From Gordius albopunctatus (taxonomy: Eukaryota), in the NCBI GenBank assembly GCA_964276515.1, contig OZ193909.1, positions 7,564,001 to 7,628,000 on the forward strand: a DNA stretch of 64,000 bases, written 5' to 3'. Within the stretch, counting starts at the first letter, position 1, and each line of letters starts with the position of its first letter. The position numbers and the translations under genes were made by a program. Below are positions 62,102 through 64,000 of this stretch, piece by piece. Under the pieces are notes generated by a model. The model was not told the origin of the DNA, ran no database searches, and was given only the letters and a program-made list of their open reading frames with translations.

Positions 62102-63756
62102 TTTAATTGCTATGCAATTTATGCGCTCGCTTTCCATTTTCCGAATGTCTTGTCACGCACCGAATGTCTTGTTTAACTAGTTTTTGGGTTCGAAACCCGG
62201 GGATTTTTTTGACTATTATGATTGTTCCTGTTACTACCAATGCTATTATAACTTTTTGGCCGTCTGCTGGCTGCTGACCGATGGAAAAAATGACCATTGG
62301 CCAAAATGTGAATCGAAATTATTTTTTTCGTTTTTTTGGCTAACATTGACAATTACCCTATGCCCTCCCCTAACAGAGCCTATTCCTCTACTGATATGGG
62401 TCCCTGTACCCCCCGGAGAGGCCAAAAAATTAAAAAAAAAAATTTTTTTTAAATTAATATATAGTTATTGTTCATACCATTGATAATGTGACTTTTTGGC
62501 CGTCCGCTGGCTACTGACCACTGAAAAAAATGACCATTGGCCAAAGTGTAAATCGAAATTTTTTTTCCGGTTTTTTTGACTCTTATGATTGTTCCTGTTA
62601 ATACTATTGATAATATGGCTTATTGGTTGTCCGCTGGCTACTGACCAATAAAAATAATGACCATTGGCTAAAGTGAGCATCAAAAAATTTTTTTTCGTTT
62701 TTTTGGCTAACATTGACTTATAGAGTATCTGTTGGTACTGACCAATGGAAAAAAATGACCATTGGCCAAAGTGTGGATCGAAATTTTTTTTGTTTTTTTT
62801 GACTCGTAGGTATTTATAGACCGTCTCTTGGTGCTGACCGATAAAAAAAAATGACCATTGTCCAAATTGTGATTTAAAATTTTTTTTTCGTTTTTTTGAC
62901 TCGTATGTATTTATAGACAGTCTCTTGGTACGGATCAATGGAAAAAAACGACCATTAGCCAAATTGTGATTCGAAATTTTTTTTTCGTTTTTTTTGACTT
63001 GCATGTATTTATAGACCGTCTCTTGGTACTGACCAATAAAAAAAATGAACATTGGACATATTGCTTAATTAAAGGCTAAAATTTCAAAATGCTCCTCCCA
63101 AAATCATTATTTTCGTTTTTGAATAGGTTAACGTTGATAATTACCCTATGCCCACCCCTACAAGTGCCTATTTTTAAATTAAATTAATATTTTGTTCTTG
63201 TTGATATTTGTTAAATTATCTATAATATATTGATTTTCTATTATTGTGTTATTTTATTATATAATAAACATAAATAAAACATATCTTTATTATTTAATTA
63301 TCTATATAAATAACATAGAAACTTCTTTTATTTTAATGCCAGCATGGTAAGAGTGGTTATAGCAACGGCTTACTAACTTCCTACAAGTGCCTATGCTTCT
63401 ACTGATATGGGTCCCTGTGCCCCTACAAAGGCTACTTCTATTTAATGTGGGTTCGAATCCCGGCGAGGGCAATTTTTTTTAAATTAAATGGAAAATTTGT
63501 ATAAATAATTAACTAATCATTTTGCATTTAATACCCCTCTATAGGCATTTTCGCCCCTTCCCACCTTTCTCGCCCATATTTTTTAATTAGATGGAAAATT
63601 TGTATAAACATTTTGCATATAACGCCCATAAATTGCATGGCAAATATGCTACGTTTATACGGAGTATAGATGAGTCGTCCCCCCTTCCCTTCCCCCCTCC
63701 CCCCTTCCCTTCCCTTCTCCCCTCCCCCTTCCCACGAGGGCCGAAGGCCCGAGTTT
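62102..63756 (+). mobile_element. Complete Helentron/HINE-like element with internal tandem repeats
   Basis: 5' subTIR 62107-62126 and inverted subTIR 63624-63643 (18/20 match), 3' hairpin GGGCC-GAA-GGCCC at 63738-63750, T-rich flanks, and internal ~90-120-bp repeats. Confidence 0.7.
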
Positions 63757-64000
63757 ATTATGTTTTTTATATTTCTAGTGTATGCTAAAAAATCATATAC
63801 TTTTAAACACTTGATCTTAATAGGGGTAAGGGTAAATCACTATGTTTAAAAACGGGTATATGTGGCAAAATCAAAAATATTTAAAATTAGGCGTGTAACA
63901 AACATTATATTATAATATTGCTATTATTATTATAATTATATAAAAGTGAGATAATCTTTAAATATCATTTATTAAGCCTTTAACCCTCGAGAGCATTTGT

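Noticed and set aside
62465..63052. 195-aa repetitive ORF
   Set aside because: Translation of the tandem repeat units; no coding evidence.
63338..63470. tRNA-like A-box and B-box
   Set aside because: Boxes are separated by repeat-derived sequence and there is no acceptor stem; not a tRNA gene.

Overview
AT-rich eukaryotic genomic DNA, probably an invertebrate animal (species not determinable), with many very short introns (32-53 nt) and dense transposon content. Host genes: 3' part of JMJD6 (+), a compact 4-exon PINX1-like G-patch gene (-), an intronless globin with two in-frame stops (+), a 20-exon prosaposin with six SapB domains (+), an abutting MZT1/N6AMT1 pair (+) and an intronless class A GPCR (+). 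Mobile DNA: RTE-type LINE copies whose 5' ends carry a twister-ribozyme core, two near-identical CsRn1-like Gypsy copies, an old rearranged Gypsy, a non-autonomous tRNA-Lys-primed LTR element, hAT MITEs, Helitrons and Helentron/HINE-like repeats. Best candidates for new biology: (1) an LTR structure that looks like a tail-to-tail dimer of two cDNAs integrated through two U3 ends; (2) MZT1 and N6AMT1 joined by an ATGA stop/start overlap or a shared first exon; (3) twister-capped RTE leaders; (4) intragenic saposin duplication with apparent gain of a new intron. All family calls are from motif recognition by eye; no searches were run.
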